Made by a program: the position numbers and the translations under genes
In this document: positions 63,718-64,000 of the stretch, piece after piece
Numbering within the stretch: the stretch's first letter is position 1
Layout of the letters: the number at the start of each line of letters is the position of its first letter
Sequence record: OR413578.1
DNA: 64,000 nt
Strand: one strand, 5' to 3'
The notes under the pieces: model-generated
What the model was told of the DNA's origin: nothing
Databases searched by the model: none
The model's input: the letters and a program-made list of their open reading frames with translations, nothing else

Positions 63718-64000
63718 ATGCAATTTCCAATTTCCGTAATCGAAGATATGGCTCGTGTAGTACGTGACCGTGCGTATGTGCTTAGCTACGAGGGTATTCG
63801 TGCATATTCAGAAGCTCTGATTGCACAACACGTCACTGGCACCGGTGTTATCAACCCGGATCTTTACAATGCGCTGGTCGATAACAATGTGGAGGCTTAT
63901 CTGCCGCTGCCGCACCTGCGTAATAAGTTGTGCCTTTCTTCTCAAACTCTTCAGTTTGATAACCTGCCGCCACTGAAATATTCGCCGGATGACCGTTGGG
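63718..64000 (+). CDS. hypothetical protein, 3'-truncated by the window end
   Basis: ATG 63718 after AAGGA; open to the end of the window (MQFPISVIEDMARVVRDRAY..). Confidence 0.65.
   Translation, partial: MQFPISVIEDMARVVRDRAYVLSYEGIRAYSEALIAQHVTGTGVINPDLYNALVDNNVEAYLPLPHLRNKLCLSSQTLQFDNLPPLKYSPDDRW

Overview
This window is a 64-kb slice of a large lytic tailed phage genome with no integrase, transposase, tRNA, rRNA or CRISPR features detected by eye. It is most consistent with a phiKZ/SPN3US-like (Chimalliviridae-type) jumbo myophage of enterobacteria. This is an inference from TATATTAC-type early promoters, TATG-type late promoters, many UUCG-loop terminators, an SbcC/Rad50 ATPase, a central-spike gene and very large fibre genes. 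Layout: (1) 1-2850, small early-type genes; (2) 2953-22861, a large array of paralogous virion/fibre proteins: 7 two-domain paralogs, an A-B-C gene triplet repeated 3 times plus a decayed 4th start, and a protein with an internal T-even gp38-like Gly-rich adhesin; (3) 22934-24979, a lysis-type cassette (GH108 muramidase, 3 unannotated micro-ORFs, DUF1353, M15 peptidase); (4) 46153->26329 on the minus strand, four related fibre genes that run into a RiPP-like cluster of three CxxxC-repeat peptides, two radical-SAM enzymes, two unknown proteins and a DUF4376 fibre-assembly-type gene; (5) 46221-48894, virion protein, DUF1471-like protein and central spike; (6) 49079-64000, early/middle accessory genes: secreted Cys-paired paralogs, SbcC, membrane micro-peptides, GNAT, an EF-Tu-N-terminus look-alike, a macrodomain and a lytic transglycosylase. 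The standout is the radical-SAM/Cys-repeat system. Its peptides have coiled-coil-type leaders and no transporter or protease is recognisable nearby, which suggests post-translationally cross-linked virion fibre parts rather than a secreted antibiotic. All family assignments come from motif recognition by eye; no database searches were run.
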